A stretch of 32,000 nucleotides of DNA from Wolbachia endosymbiont of Cimex lectularius (GCF_000829315.1 NZ_AP013028.1:630001-662000), one strand, 5' to 3'; shown: positions 8,955-18,095, numbered from the stretch's first letter. The notes: generated by a model from the letters alone, not told the origin. Numbers and translations: made by a program.

Positions 8955-10226
8955 ATGAATGTACCAAAGGTAACAAAATTAGATAATGGCCTGCGCATAA
9001 TAACCGAGCAGGTGCGTGATGTTGACTCTGTAGCTTTAAGTATACGAGTTGGTGTTGGCAGTAGAGCCGAAAGTGCAAATCAAAATGGAATATCCCATTT
9101 TCTAGAGCACATGGCTTTTAAGGGAACAAAAACAAGAACTGCATTTGAAATTGCAAAAGCCTTTGATGACATAGGTGGGGTGTTCAACGCTAGCACCGGT
9201 AGAGAAAGCACAAGTTACTACGTAAAAGTCCTTAAAAAAGACATTAAAACTGGCATTGATATATTAGTAGATATATTGATGAATTCGACATTTCCAGAAG
9301 ATGAATTGGAGCGCGAAAAAGGTGTTGTAACACAAGAGATTTTTCAAACTAACGATTCGCCGAGCGACATCATTTTCGATAAATATTTTGAAGCAGCTTA
9401 TAAAGATCAACCGTTTGGTAGGTCGATTTTAGGCACACAAGATACTGTAAAATCATTTACTCGAGAAGATCTAAATAGCTATATAAATGAGCATTACTTT
9501 GGCGAGAACACGACATTTTCTGTTGCAGGGAACGTTGAGCATGAAGAAGTTGTTCAGTTAACCAAAGATTTTATCTCAAAGATTCATGCAAAAAAGCTGG
9601 AGAAAAAGCAGAATGCGAATTACACTGGTGGTGAGTATTTGGAGCATCGTAAATTAGACCAGGTACACTTACTAATTGGTTTACCTAGTGTTTCTCGCCA
9701 CGACAATAGATATCACACATTTCAGGTGCTTGATTCTATATTGGGAAGCGGGATGTCATCACGCCTGTTTCAGGAAGTAAGGGAAAAGCAGGGACTGGTT
9801 TACTCTGTCTATTCATTTAATTCTAGCTACACCGATACAGGAATGCTCTCCATTTTCGCTGGCACAGATAGTAGCAACTTAGATAAGCTTTTAAAATCCA
9901 TAACGATGGAGTTGAAAAAATTGTCTACGGGTGATCTGAAGGAAGAAGAGGTAAATAGGGTAAAAGAGCGAATAAAATCCCAAATTTTAATGTCACGTGA
10001 AAGCGTCAGTTCCCGTGCTGAAGCATTGGAGCACTACTATAGCAACTATGATAGGTATATCAGTAAAAATGAATTGATAGAAAAAATTAGCACAGTTACC
10101 ACTGCTGGCGTAAAAGAAGCGGCAGAGGAGTTGTTATCTCAGCATGAAAAAACCACTTTAGCTGCAATTGGAGAAATAAAATCGTTGCCAAGTTACGATG
10201 AAGTGGTTTCTATGCTTAGGGCTTAG
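8955..10226 (+). CDS. M16-family (pitrilysin/MPP-like) zinc peptidase
   Basis: 423-aa ORF with the inverted zincin motif HFLEHMAFKG and a downstream Glu-rich block (EREKGVVTQE). Confidence 0.85.
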   Translation: MNVPKVTKLDNGLRIITEQVRDVDSVALSIRVGVGSRAESANQNGISHFLEHMAFKGTKTRTAFEIAKAFDDIGGVFNASTGRESTSYYVKVLKKDIKTGIDILVDILMNSTFPEDELEREKGVVTQEIFQTNDSPSDIIFDKYFEAAYKDQPFGRSILGTQDTVKSFTREDLNSYINEHYFGENTTFSVAGNVEHEEVVQLTKDFISKIHAKKLEKKQNANYTGGEYLEHRKLDQVHLLIGLPSVSRHDNRYHTFQVLDSILGSGMSSRLFQEVREKQGLVYSVYSFNSSYTDTGMLSIFAGTDSSNLDKLLKSITMELKKLSTGDLKEEEVNRVKERIKSQILMSRESVSSRAEALEHYYSNYDRYISKNELIEKISTVTTAGVKEAAEELLSQHEKTTLAAIGEIKSLPSYDEVVSMLRA

Positions 10227-10269
10227 AGCATGGGCTCCTCGCATAACAAACCAGTTTTTGGTATGTCGT

Positions 10270-10556
10270 GAAACGAAAAAATTACTTGACAAATTCCGCC
10301 GACACCCTTATCATAGAAATAAGGGTATTTCTGACTCAAAACTTGTTTTTGATCTGCAGCCTCAATGATAAAATTCAGTAAAAAACTCAGGGTATTTTTT
10401 GGCGGATTGTATCAAATTATAGCGGCTGCATGTCTTTTTCATTTTTTCTACATTCAGCCAAATCGTGCTTAAACTAAGCGTCAGCAAATTATTATAGAGT
10501 CAAAACTCGCCACTCGGGGTTCTTTTTGTTTTTTTTTATTTGGTAAATTTCTTAAA
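10270..10556 (+). ncRNA. candidate promoter-sRNA-terminator module, copy D
   Basis: -35 TTGACA (10286-10291), 17-nt spacer, -10 TATCAT (10309-10314). It has the hairpin GCTTA-AAC-TAAGC. It ends CGGGGTTCTTTTTG plus a T-run and TTTGGTAAATTTCTTAA. As in copy A, it is followed by ATCCTGGATCCCAGTG (10576-10591). Confidence 0.45.
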
Positions 10557-10631
10557 TACTTATTACTAAAATAATATCCTGGATCCCAGTGCCAGCTACT
10601 GCTTATGAATTTCTTTATCAAACAAAAAGAT

Positions 10632-10661
10632 GCATGGTCATTATTTAAATAATGACCATGC
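10632..10661. repeat. perfect 30-bp palindrome GCATGGTCATTATTT/AAATAATGACCATGC
   Basis: Read directly from the sequence: 15+15 nt with no spacer. It lies in the convergent gap between the M16 peptidase gene and the ABC transporter gene. A second hairpin, GCACGTGTGCT-AAAGT-AGCAC(T)ACGTGC, follows at 10682-10709. Confidence 0.9.
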
Positions 10662-11062
10662 GCTTTCAAAAGGGGCATATAGCACGTGTGCTAAAGTAGC
10701 ACTACGTGCATATATAAGTTGTTTAAAACAATCTTTTAGTAAACAAGCCCTAATGTATCACAAGGATTGTGATATGCGTCACAATAGTTGTGACATGAGT
10801 TGAAATGATTATGACATGAATTAACAGCATAAGGCATGTGTGCAGGCGTACAAGGTGTATGCACTGGAAAAACTGGTGCTGGTAAATGAGAAGTCATATA
10901 TTGTTGTTATAGTAAAAAACCATGAGTGTAAATCATAATAGTCCTTTAAAAAATAATATTAAATTATTATAAGTTAAAATGATTAAAAAATTAATAATTT
11001 TAATTTCAAATCTAGAATAACAGCTAATTTAGTTCCTCTTTTTACTTATATAATATCCATAT

Positions 11063-12772
11063 CTATTGTATCTTCACCAATTTTGCATATAGTCCATCTT
11101 TGCTTATTAGAGATTCATGAGTTCCTACTTCTTCTATTTCTCCGTGATTAATTACTATAATTTTGTCAGTTTTGAGTGCGGTTGATAGCCTGTGTGTGAT
11201 TATGATCGTTGTTCTGTTTTGCATTAATTTGCTCAGTGCTTTTTGTACGAAGTTTTCACTTTTGTAATCAAGGGCAGAGGTTGCCTCATCCAGTACTAAG
11301 ACTTGAGGATTTTTGAGTATGGCTCTCGCTATTATAATACGTTGCTTTTGTCCTTCGGAAAGTTTTAATCCTCTTTTCCCTACAAATGTGTCAAACTTAT
11401 CGGGCAGCTTGTCAATAAATTCCATCGCATAAGCATTGATGGCTGCTTGTCTCACTTCCTCATATTCGGCATCTGGTTTGCCATATAATATATTTTCCAT
11501 TATTGAACAAGAAAATATCATGTGATCTTGCGGCACTAAACCAAATAATGACCTGAGACTACTTAGCGCAATTGACTTAATATTATTCCCATCGATAGTA
11601 ACGCTGCCTTTGCTTGGATCATAAAAACGAAGCAGAAGCTTCAAAATGGTGCTCTTACCACTGCCAGATGGTCCCACAATTGACACTGCTTGGCCTGCCT
11701 CTATGGAAAATGATACGTTATTTAACGCTGGCTTACCAGGCCGAGATTCATAAAAAAACGTTATGCCGTTAAACGAAATTCCTTTTCGAACACTGCAAAC
11801 TTTTATAGGATCATCAGCATCTGCTATAGAGCTTTTCATATTCTTAAATTCAAATAAACGCTCTACTATCCCAAGACCCCGTTGTAAGTCACTGATATTA
11901 TCGCTCAGATTATTTACAGCTCCTGCTGCAAGCGCTGAATAAAATACAAATGAAGATAGCTCTCCAACAGTTATATTATTACTTAAGACTTCTTTAATAC
12001 CAAAAAAGATTAAAACGACCAGTGAACCTATCACACATGAGATAATCAAAGTTACCAAAATAGCGCGCAAGAGTACTAATCTTATGTATGATTTCGATAC
12101 TGAGTTTAGATGTTCCTTAAAACGGATTTTTTCATTTTCCTCTAATACAAACGACTTGATGGTTACTATGGATCTGAAATTTTCCTCACTAAGTGATGCA
12201 AGCTCACTCAGCTTACTCTGGGCAAAGCGTGCGTGATTGCGCACTTTTTTCCCAAGGGAAGTCATAATAATAAGTAGTATGGGTATTATCGCGACCGCAT
12301 ATGCAGTTAGATGCAGATCTGTATATAACAACATGGCAACACTACCAATCAAAATTACAAAATTTCGCAATATGGTGAGTAGGCTGCTATTTATTATCGA
12401 TTGTAACACAGAAGTATCAGTAATTAGTGCTGAGATGACATCTTGGACACCAGTGTTCTCAAAGAAACTTGGTTGCAAGTCAGTAATATTGCTATATAAG
12501 TCATATCTCATTCTTGCAATAACTTTTTCGCTGCCAATGCCAATGAAATACAATCTAATGAACGCAGTAAGAGAAACAGCTAAAACTATAAATATTGTAA
12601 CTACTAGTTTAGTAGTAAAGTCATGCTCTGCGCCAGAATTAATTATGCTGCTCAAACCCCTACCGAAAAGGAGAATCGTTAAAGCTGAAAATAAAACTGC
12701 AATAAAAGCTACAATGAAGTAATGTAGGTTGGGCTTTATATAGCAAAATAATTGCCTAATATTAGATCGCAT
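11063..12772 (-). CDS. ABC transporter, fused permease/ATPase (MsbA/exporter type)
   Basis: 569-aa ORF with an N-terminal 6-TM domain, Walker A GPSGSGKST, signature LSEGQKQR and Walker B LVLDEATSALD. Confidence 0.9.
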   Translation of the reverse strand: MRSNIRQLFCYIKPNLHYFIVAFIAVLFSALTILLFGRGLSSIINSGAEHDFTTKLVVTIFIVLAVSLTAFIRLYFIGIGSEKVIARMRYDLYSNITDLQPSFFENTGVQDVISALITDTSVLQSIINSSLLTILRNFVILIGSVAMLLYTDLHLTAYAVAIIPILLIIMTSLGKKVRNHARFAQSKLSELASLSEENFRSIVTIKSFVLEENEKIRFKEHLNSVSKSYIRLVLLRAILVTLIISCVIGSLVVLIFFGIKEVLSNNITVGELSSFVFYSALAAGAVNNLSDNISDLQRGLGIVERLFEFKNMKSSIADADDPIKVCSVRKGISFNGITFFYESRPGKPALNNVSFSIEAGQAVSIVGPSGSGKSTILKLLLRFYDPSKGSVTIDGNNIKSIALSSLRSLFGLVPQDHMIFSCSIMENILYGKPDAEYEEVRQAAINAYAMEFIDKLPDKFDTFVGKRGLKLSEGQKQRIIIARAILKNPQVLVLDEATSALDYKSENFVQKALSKLMQNRTTIIITHRLSTALKTDKIIVINHGEIEEVGTHESLISKDGLYAKLVKIQ

Positions 12773-12934
12773 CTTATTTCGAAGTTTCTAAGGCTAAGTA
12801 TATGGATTTTAGTATCAGGAGAAAGGAAAAAGGTATGGCTTTAGGTCTACTGATCGTACGGATGTTGTAATTTAACTCACAAAAAGGGCCAGTAGAGCTG
12901 GAAAACATTTTTGGATAGCATTCTTCTGATAATC

Positions 12935-13258
12935 TTATTCTGCCATAATCTTTTTTTCTTTTAGCAAGCTTTGCAGCTCGCCTTTTTCATACATCTCGCG
13001 AACGATGTCACAGCCACCAATAAACTCTTCCTTTATGTATAATTGTGGAATTGTTGGCCAATCAGAAAACTTTTTTATGGACTGACGTACTTCATCATTC
13101 TCTAGCACGTTGACGCATTTAAACTTTACATTCAAGTTTTTGAGAATTGACACGACAAGTCCAGAAAATCCGCATTGAGGAAAGTCAGAAGTGCCTTTCA
13201 TATAGAGCACCACATCATTTTCTGCTATATCTTTTTTTATTTGTTCAAAATTGTTCAT
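12935..13258 (-). CDS. grxD: monothiol glutaredoxin (Grx4 family)
   Basis: 107 aa with the CGFS active site (PQCGFSG) and WPTIPQLYI. Confidence 0.9.
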   Translation of the reverse strand: MNNFEQIKKDIAENDVVLYMKGTSDFPQCGFSGLVVSILKNLNVKFKCVNVLENDEVRQSIKKFSDWPTIPQLYIKEEFIGGCDIVREMYEKGELQSLLKEKKIMAE

Positions 13259-13273
13259 AAGTTCACCTTAATT

Positions 13274-13492
13274 TTAAGCACCAGTTTCTAATTGCAATGC
13301 ATGTATAGACTGGCCTTCTAACGCCTTATATACCATTTTATGCTGCTCTATCCTTGTCTTTCCAAGAAAGCACTTGGAGGTTATTTTCAAATGATAGTGA
13401 TCATTATCTCCAGCAAGATCATTAACCTCTATATCAGCACCCGGAAATGATTGTTTGATGATTTTCTCTAATTCATGAATTGCGATAACCAT
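13274..13492 (-). CDS. bolA: BolA-family protein
   Basis: 72 aa with a BolA-like pattern (DHYHLKITS...F.GK.RIEQHKMVY.AL). It lies directly upstream of grxD, the known BolA partner. Confidence 0.75.
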   Translation of the reverse strand: MVIAIHELEKIIKQSFPGADIEVNDLAGDNDHYHLKITSKCFLGKTRIEQHKMVYKALEGQSIHALQLETGA

Positions 13493-13552
13493 TAATTTAC
13501 TTTAAATTACAATACTTTTATTATAAATCTAAAATTACTTTGCGCAACTGAA

Positions 13553-14899
13553 TTATCGTGAAGACAATGAATTCAGCGTGCTGAGAGCACTCGCAAGACG
13601 AGATTTCAATTGATTTTCATATTTACCCCAATCCTGTATTGCTTTTTTGGCAACACCTGAATGCACTGCGGCTTTTGCAACTGCAGGAGAAACTATCGAA
13701 ATCAATCTTGGGTCAAATGGAGTAGGTATTATGTATTCACATCCATAGCTCATTTTACGACCACCATAAGCTGCAGATATCTCGTCAGGTACTGGCTCAC
13801 GAGCAAGCTTTGCTATTGCATTTGCAGCTGCAATTTTCATTTCGTTATTTATTGTTGTTGCATGTACATCAAGCGCTCCTCTGAATATATAAGGGAATCC
13901 CATTACGTTATTGACTTGATTGTTGTAATCTGATCTACCAGTTGCGATTATTGCATCCGGCCTTACGGATTTTGCAAACTCAGGCCTTACTTCTGGATCA
14001 GGGTTAGCAAGAGCAAAAATAATCGGATCTTTACCCATGCTCTTCAGCATCTCTTCGCTTAGCACATTCTTTGCAGACAGCCCAATAAATACGTCAGCGC
14101 CTTTTATTGCATCAAGTAGAGAACGTTCTTCAGTGTCAGTTGCATGCTTTTCCTTCCACTCATTCATGTCCTCTTTTCTGCCCCTATGTATTACTCCCTG
14201 TTTATCACACAGCACTATATTTTTAGCGCCCATAGACCTCAGTATTTCCAAACATGCAATACCGGCTGCTCCAGCTCCATTCATGATGATCTTAACGTCT
14301 TCTAATTCCTTTCCTGCAATATCAAGAGCATTTTCTATGCCGGCTGCAACAACCACTGCAGTTCCATGCTGATCGTCGTGGAATACTGGAATGTCCATCA
14401 ATTCGCTCAGGCGTTTTTCTATTATGAAACAATCGGGAGACCTTATATCCTCTAAATTTATCCCTCCCCAACTTGGTCCAAGATATCTCACTGCGTTGAT
14501 GAAATCTTCCACATTTTCTGTGCCAACTTCTATATCGACTGCATCGATGTCAGCAAAACGCTTGAATAAAACAGCTTTTCCCTCCATAACAGGTTTTGAA
14601 GCAAGAGGTCCGATGTTGCCGAGTCCAAGCACTGCAGTGCCATTTGAAATAACAGCAACACAGTTACTCTTTGCCGTATAATCATAAACTAGATCAGAGT
14701 TTTTAGCTATTTCAAGGCATGGAGCTGCAACTCCAGGAGAATAAGCAAGTGACAAGTCATACTGGGTAGATAAGGGCTTTGTTGGCAGGATAGATATTTT
14801 ACCAGGATTATTGCCTCCACTGTGATACTTAAGCGCTTCTTGTTTTGTGGTATAATCTAAATCGTCATTCATCATTATATCCTTATATTTTGAGCCCAT
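13553..14899 (-). CDS. maeB: NAD(P)-dependent malic enzyme (short form, no PTA domain)
   Basis: 448 aa. Malic-enzyme blocks are LSLAYSPGVA, FHDDQHGTA and the dinucleotide fold NGAGAAG. Confidence 0.9.
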   Translation of the reverse strand: MGSKYKDIMMNDDLDYTTKQEALKYHSGGNNPGKISILPTKPLSTQYDLSLAYSPGVAAPCLEIAKNSDLVYDYTAKSNCVAVISNGTAVLGLGNIGPLASKPVMEGKAVLFKRFADIDAVDIEVGTENVEDFINAVRYLGPSWGGINLEDIRSPDCFIIEKRLSELMDIPVFHDDQHGTAVVVAAGIENALDIAGKELEDVKIIMNGAGAAGIACLEILRSMGAKNIVLCDKQGVIHRGRKEDMNEWKEKHATDTEERSLLDAIKGADVFIGLSAKNVLSEEMLKSMGKDPIIFALANPDPEVRPEFAKSVRPDAIIATGRSDYNNQVNNVMGFPYIFRGALDVHATTINNEMKIAAANAIAKLAREPVPDEISAAYGGRKMSYGCEYIIPTPFDPRLISIVSPAVAKAAVHSGVAKKAIQDWGKYENQLKSRLASALSTLNSLSSR

Positions 14900-15016
14900 G
14901 GCTAGTGAATTTTTAAGTATATGGAATTTTTATAAATGTTCAATTGTAAACTATTAGCTTGTGAATTGCATTCCATTCCTGTATAAGTTTACCATACCGC
15001 ACTAAAGTTACACTGC

Positions 15017-15559
15017 ATGTTTAAGAAAAACTTGCCTAATTTACTGACAATTTCTCGTGCGCTTGCAGTACCAGCAATAATATTAAGTTTTTATATAGAA
15101 AATAAATATGCAAACTTGATAACAATATCAATCTTTATATTTGCATGCATTACAGATTTTTTTGATGGTTACCTAGCACGTGCGTGGAAAGTCCAATCAA
15201 AATTTGGCAGGCTATTTGATCCAATTGCTGATAAATTAATAGTGGTTTCAACAATAATGATGCTGGTTTATAAGCATAAGATCAATGATTACACGATAAT
15301 ACCATCAGTTATCATCGTTTGTCGGGAGATATTGGTTTCGGGTTTGCGGGAATTTCCGATCGCTACAAACGTTAGCCTACCTGTAAGCAAAGCTGGAAAA
15401 ATTAAAACATTTCTGCAGATGCTTGCTGTGGTGGCACTAATAATGGACGACTACGAAATAACTCAATATATAGGTACAATTTGTCTGTGGGTTGCAGCCA
15501 TTATAACCATTTGGTCAGGCTATAATTATGTCATAGCCGGCATCAAGCAGATTGACTGA
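15017..15559 (+). CDS. pgsA: CDP-diacylglycerol--glycerol-3-phosphate 3-phosphatidyltransferase
   Basis: 180 aa with the CDP-alcohol phosphatidyltransferase motif DFFDGYLARAWKVQSKFGRLFDPIADK. Confidence 0.9.
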   Translation: MFKKNLPNLLTISRALAVPAIILSFYIENKYANLITISIFIFACITDFFDGYLARAWKVQSKFGRLFDPIADKLIVVSTIMMLVYKHKINDYTIIPSVIIVCREILVSGLREFPIATNVSLPVSKAGKIKTFLQMLAVVALIMDDYEITQYIGTICLWVAAIITIWSGYNYVIAGIKQID

Positions 15560-15665
15560 ATTCTTTGAAAAACAATTAATACACAAATAGTTAAGATTTC
15601 AATAAAATTGACTAAGTAATTGAAATCATGTATAATATACTAGTCCATAAGTTAGTTGGGTTTAT

Positions 15666-16574
15666 ATGACTAGTATCGTTAAGAAATCTTCTGATGTTGA
15701 TGAAAAAAAAAGGCGTGAACAAGAGTTATTAGCACTAAAAGAGGAAGCAGAAAAAAAACTCAAACAAGAACTATTAACACTGAAAAAAAGAGAGCTATAT
15801 AGACAATACGTGTCATTGGCAACAATGGCCCCATTTGCATTGCTGATGGCTGTTAAGCTGGAAAAAATATGTAGCGATCAGGTATTGCTTGGTGTTATAA
15901 GTGGTGCACTAAGCCACGCTATATTACCTTTTGCAGCTTTATCTCTTATTTGTACGCTATATTTAGTTTACAATAATAGGAAGATAGCTAAAAAGGAACA
16001 GGAATTAAAGGATCTTGAAAATGGCAAAGTGGTAGAAGAAGAGAAGAGAGATGTTCCTTATACCGTTGATGATTACCTTAACTACGCTGATGCTGCTTTA
16101 ACTACATTAGTTATTGTAGCTAGTATAGTTAGCGAAGCATTGGATCAAGGAATAATAGAAGATGTAGCCTTTTCAATTTCTAGCCTATTTTACTTTGTGG
16201 CAAGCGCTAATTTCTTCTATTGTGAGTACAAGAAGAGCAAAAAACATGAGGTAGACAAAGGGCAAGAGAATTCTAACCTTGATGAAAAATCTGAAAAAAA
16301 GGCTAACAATATGTCTGCTGCTAGTTTAATGTTTGCTGGTTTTTCTATAATGTTAATAAGGAGAATAATGTTAATAGCATTAGCATCATTCTTACATCCT
16401 GCTGTTGGACCCGCTTTGGGTTTAGTATGCATCACTCTTTTGATGGCAGGAAGTGGACTGATTGTACATCTTTATAAGAGAGAGTTAAAGAATGTAGAGA
16501 TCAGTGGAAAAGGTATGACAGGTGCGAGCAATGTAGAAGGAATAGATGGCCCAAACCAAGGACTGTTTGCATAA
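15666..16574 (+). CDS. orphan polytopic membrane protein (302 aa) with three charged-linker/TM-hairpin units
   Basis: An N-terminal Lys/Glu coiled-coil-like stretch is followed by three repeats of a charged K/E-rich linker plus two hydrophobic helices. I recognise no family. Confidence 0.55.
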   Translation: MTSIVKKSSDVDEKKRREQELLALKEEAEKKLKQELLTLKKRELYRQYVSLATMAPFALLMAVKLEKICSDQVLLGVISGALSHAILPFAALSLICTLYLVYNNRKIAKKEQELKDLENGKVVEEEKRDVPYTVDDYLNYADAALTTLVIVASIVSEALDQGIIEDVAFSISSLFYFVASANFFYCEYKKSKKHEVDKGQENSNLDEKSEKKANNMSAASLMFAGFSIMLIRRIMLIALASFLHPAVGPALGLVCITLLMAGSGLIVHLYKRELKNVEISGKGMTGASNVEGIDGPNQGLFA

Positions 16575-16576
16575 CT

Positions 16577-16625
16577 TAAACTAAGCAGAAAAACAGGCAA
16601 AGAAGCCCCGTGGTGGCTAGTTATT
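16577..16625 (-). repeat. solo 3' end of the module family (terminator part only)
   Basis: The - strand reads CTAGCCACCACGGGGCTTCTTTGCCTGTTTTTCTGCTTAGTTTAAG. This matches the conserved 3' motif and the CTGCTTAG tail. It begins ~30 nt after the Rpn stop codon. Confidence 0.6.
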
Positions 16626-16656
16626 GATATTTACCTCAAAATACATCAGTGTCTAT

Positions 16657-17633
16657 TCAGCCAAGTGGTTTGAAATTAACTTGTACCTCTTCTTTAAGTT
16701 GTGCAACTTCAGCTCTAGGAAGACCAGTAGTTTGGGCTATGATATCAATAGAAACCCCTACTTTAAGTAGGTTTTTAGCCACAGCAATTTTAGCCTGTTT
16801 TTCGCCCTCCTCTCTCCCTTTCGCTCTACCTTTTTGATGACCGATGAGGATGCCTTCTTCCCTGCCGATTTGGATGCCTTCTTGTCTGCCTTTTTCAGTA
16901 GCATCATCAAGTTTTTGAGCGAGGACAGCTTTCTCATCACGAATACGCTTGATCTCTTGCTCGTAAGCTATAAATTCTTTTTCTGACCAGTTGAATCTAT
17001 TTAGCTCCTCATATGCTTTTTTGATTATTACGTCACTTCCTATTATTCTTTCCAATTCCCTTTCACTAGTTTCTTCCGCATACTTGAAGAAGTAGACCCA
17101 TTTTTCAACTATACTCTCTAATTGATCTTCCTTCGTTTTCGGAAATTTTGGCAGTTCAATAAATGTAAAATAAAAATCTTTTAGATCATGTTCATTGGTA
17201 TCCTCATCCCGAATAGTGTGCTTTGATTTATACTCAGACTTGTCAGGGAATAAGATACAATCGGCAATGGCGATAAAGATAATTTCTTTAAGGTCTTCAT
17301 ATTGATCGCCTTTATTAGCCTGTCTTGAATACGCTTTAGCTGCATAGTATTGAGCACGTTTTTTAAAGCCTTTAGTTTTAGCGACTGCATTTCGACTATC
17401 ACTTGCACCCCATTTTCATCTCTGCAGAGAACATCAACAATGCTTTGCTTTTTGGAGGCAATTTCAGCATCTTGAATAGTGCTGAGAAACTCTATTTCTT
17501 TTATTTCATCCTTGCCAGTAAAGTCCAAGATATCATTGAGAAAATGAATGAGGATGTCCTTATTTTTTTCAGTGCCAAAGATACGACGAAACGCTACATC
17601 ATTTTTAGGGTCGAGAAATTTTGAAAAAGCCAC
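16657..17633 (-). pseudogene. Rpn-family recombination-promoting nuclease / PD-(D/E)XK putative transposase, single 1-nt frameshift
   Basis: The N-terminus AFSKFLDPKNDVAFRRIFGTEKNKDILIHFLNDIL...VDVLCRDENGVQVIVEMQ is typical of the YhgA/Rpn family. At ~17385 (ATGCAG|TCGCT) one base is missing. The -1 frame then continues VAKTKGFKKRAQYYAAKAYSRQ...FIELPKF... to the stop at 16657. A candidate promoter is TTGAAT (17688-17683), 17 nt, TATAAT (17665-17660). Confidence 0.8.
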
Positions 17634-17749
17634 GACTACAATGCTTAAAAATATTAATAATTATACACAATTCTGTAGAAATATTCAATCTTTTTGTTTC
17701 GGATGTATCGATCTACGAACCCAAGCCTCATCTTGCATTGCAATTATAT

Positions 17750-18064
17750 TAAAAAATTTACTAAGCAGAAAAAAAGACAAAAGAAATCCCGTGGTAGAAG
17801 TTGCTCACTTTCTAATCCTGCAAATTGGCGTACTATACTGTCTTGAACGACTTATAAGCGCGTTTCAGCTTGTATAGGGAAAAACCTAGAATTCTAGGTA
17901 AAATTAACAAAGACATGAGGTGCACATAGTGCAAAAAATTAAACATAAGACGCCAACCGTGATACTTTCGTCGTTTAACCTGCACAGATTGAAGCTAAAT
18001 GAATAGCTTCATTACTATGATAGGGGGATTGACGAAGGTTGTCAAGTAGTTTTTTTTGTTTCAT
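17750..18064 (-). ncRNA. candidate promoter-sRNA-terminator module, copy C
   Basis: On the - strand: -35 TTGACA (18045-18040), 17-nt spacer, -10 TATCAT (18022-18017). It has a 5' hairpin GAAGCT-N8-AGCTTC and an internal hairpin TGCAC-TAT-GTGCA. It ends GGGATTTCTTTTGTC plus T7 and CTGCTTAGTAAATTT. Confidence 0.45.
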
Positions 18065-18095
18065 CCAACGCACTACTAAAAGCTATGCAAGAAGT

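Noticed and set aside
10481-10678. 65-aa ORF on the - strand spanning the end of module D and the 30-bp palindrome.
   Set aside because: It runs through the terminator T-run, a palindromic repeat unit and the palindrome. Its composition is dominated by these repeats. It is most likely non-coding.
12237-12722. Long ORFs antisense to well-supported genes. This one lies inside the ABC transporter. Others are 101-313, 1405-1596, 5129-5362, 13661-13933, 14037-14681, 18676-19656, 22381-22785, 25249-25443, 25861-26133, 26403-27092, 27212-27430, 28674-28862 and 29154-29369.
   Set aside because: Each lies fully within a gene that has clear family motifs on the opposite strand. All have low-complexity or odd composition and lack start context. 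They are shadow ORFs.
16758-16940. 60-aa Lys/Ser-rich ORF, plus the + strand ORF 16649-16837.
   Set aside because: These are alternative-frame and antisense readings of the repetitive GRQEG/GREEG region of the Rpn C-terminus.
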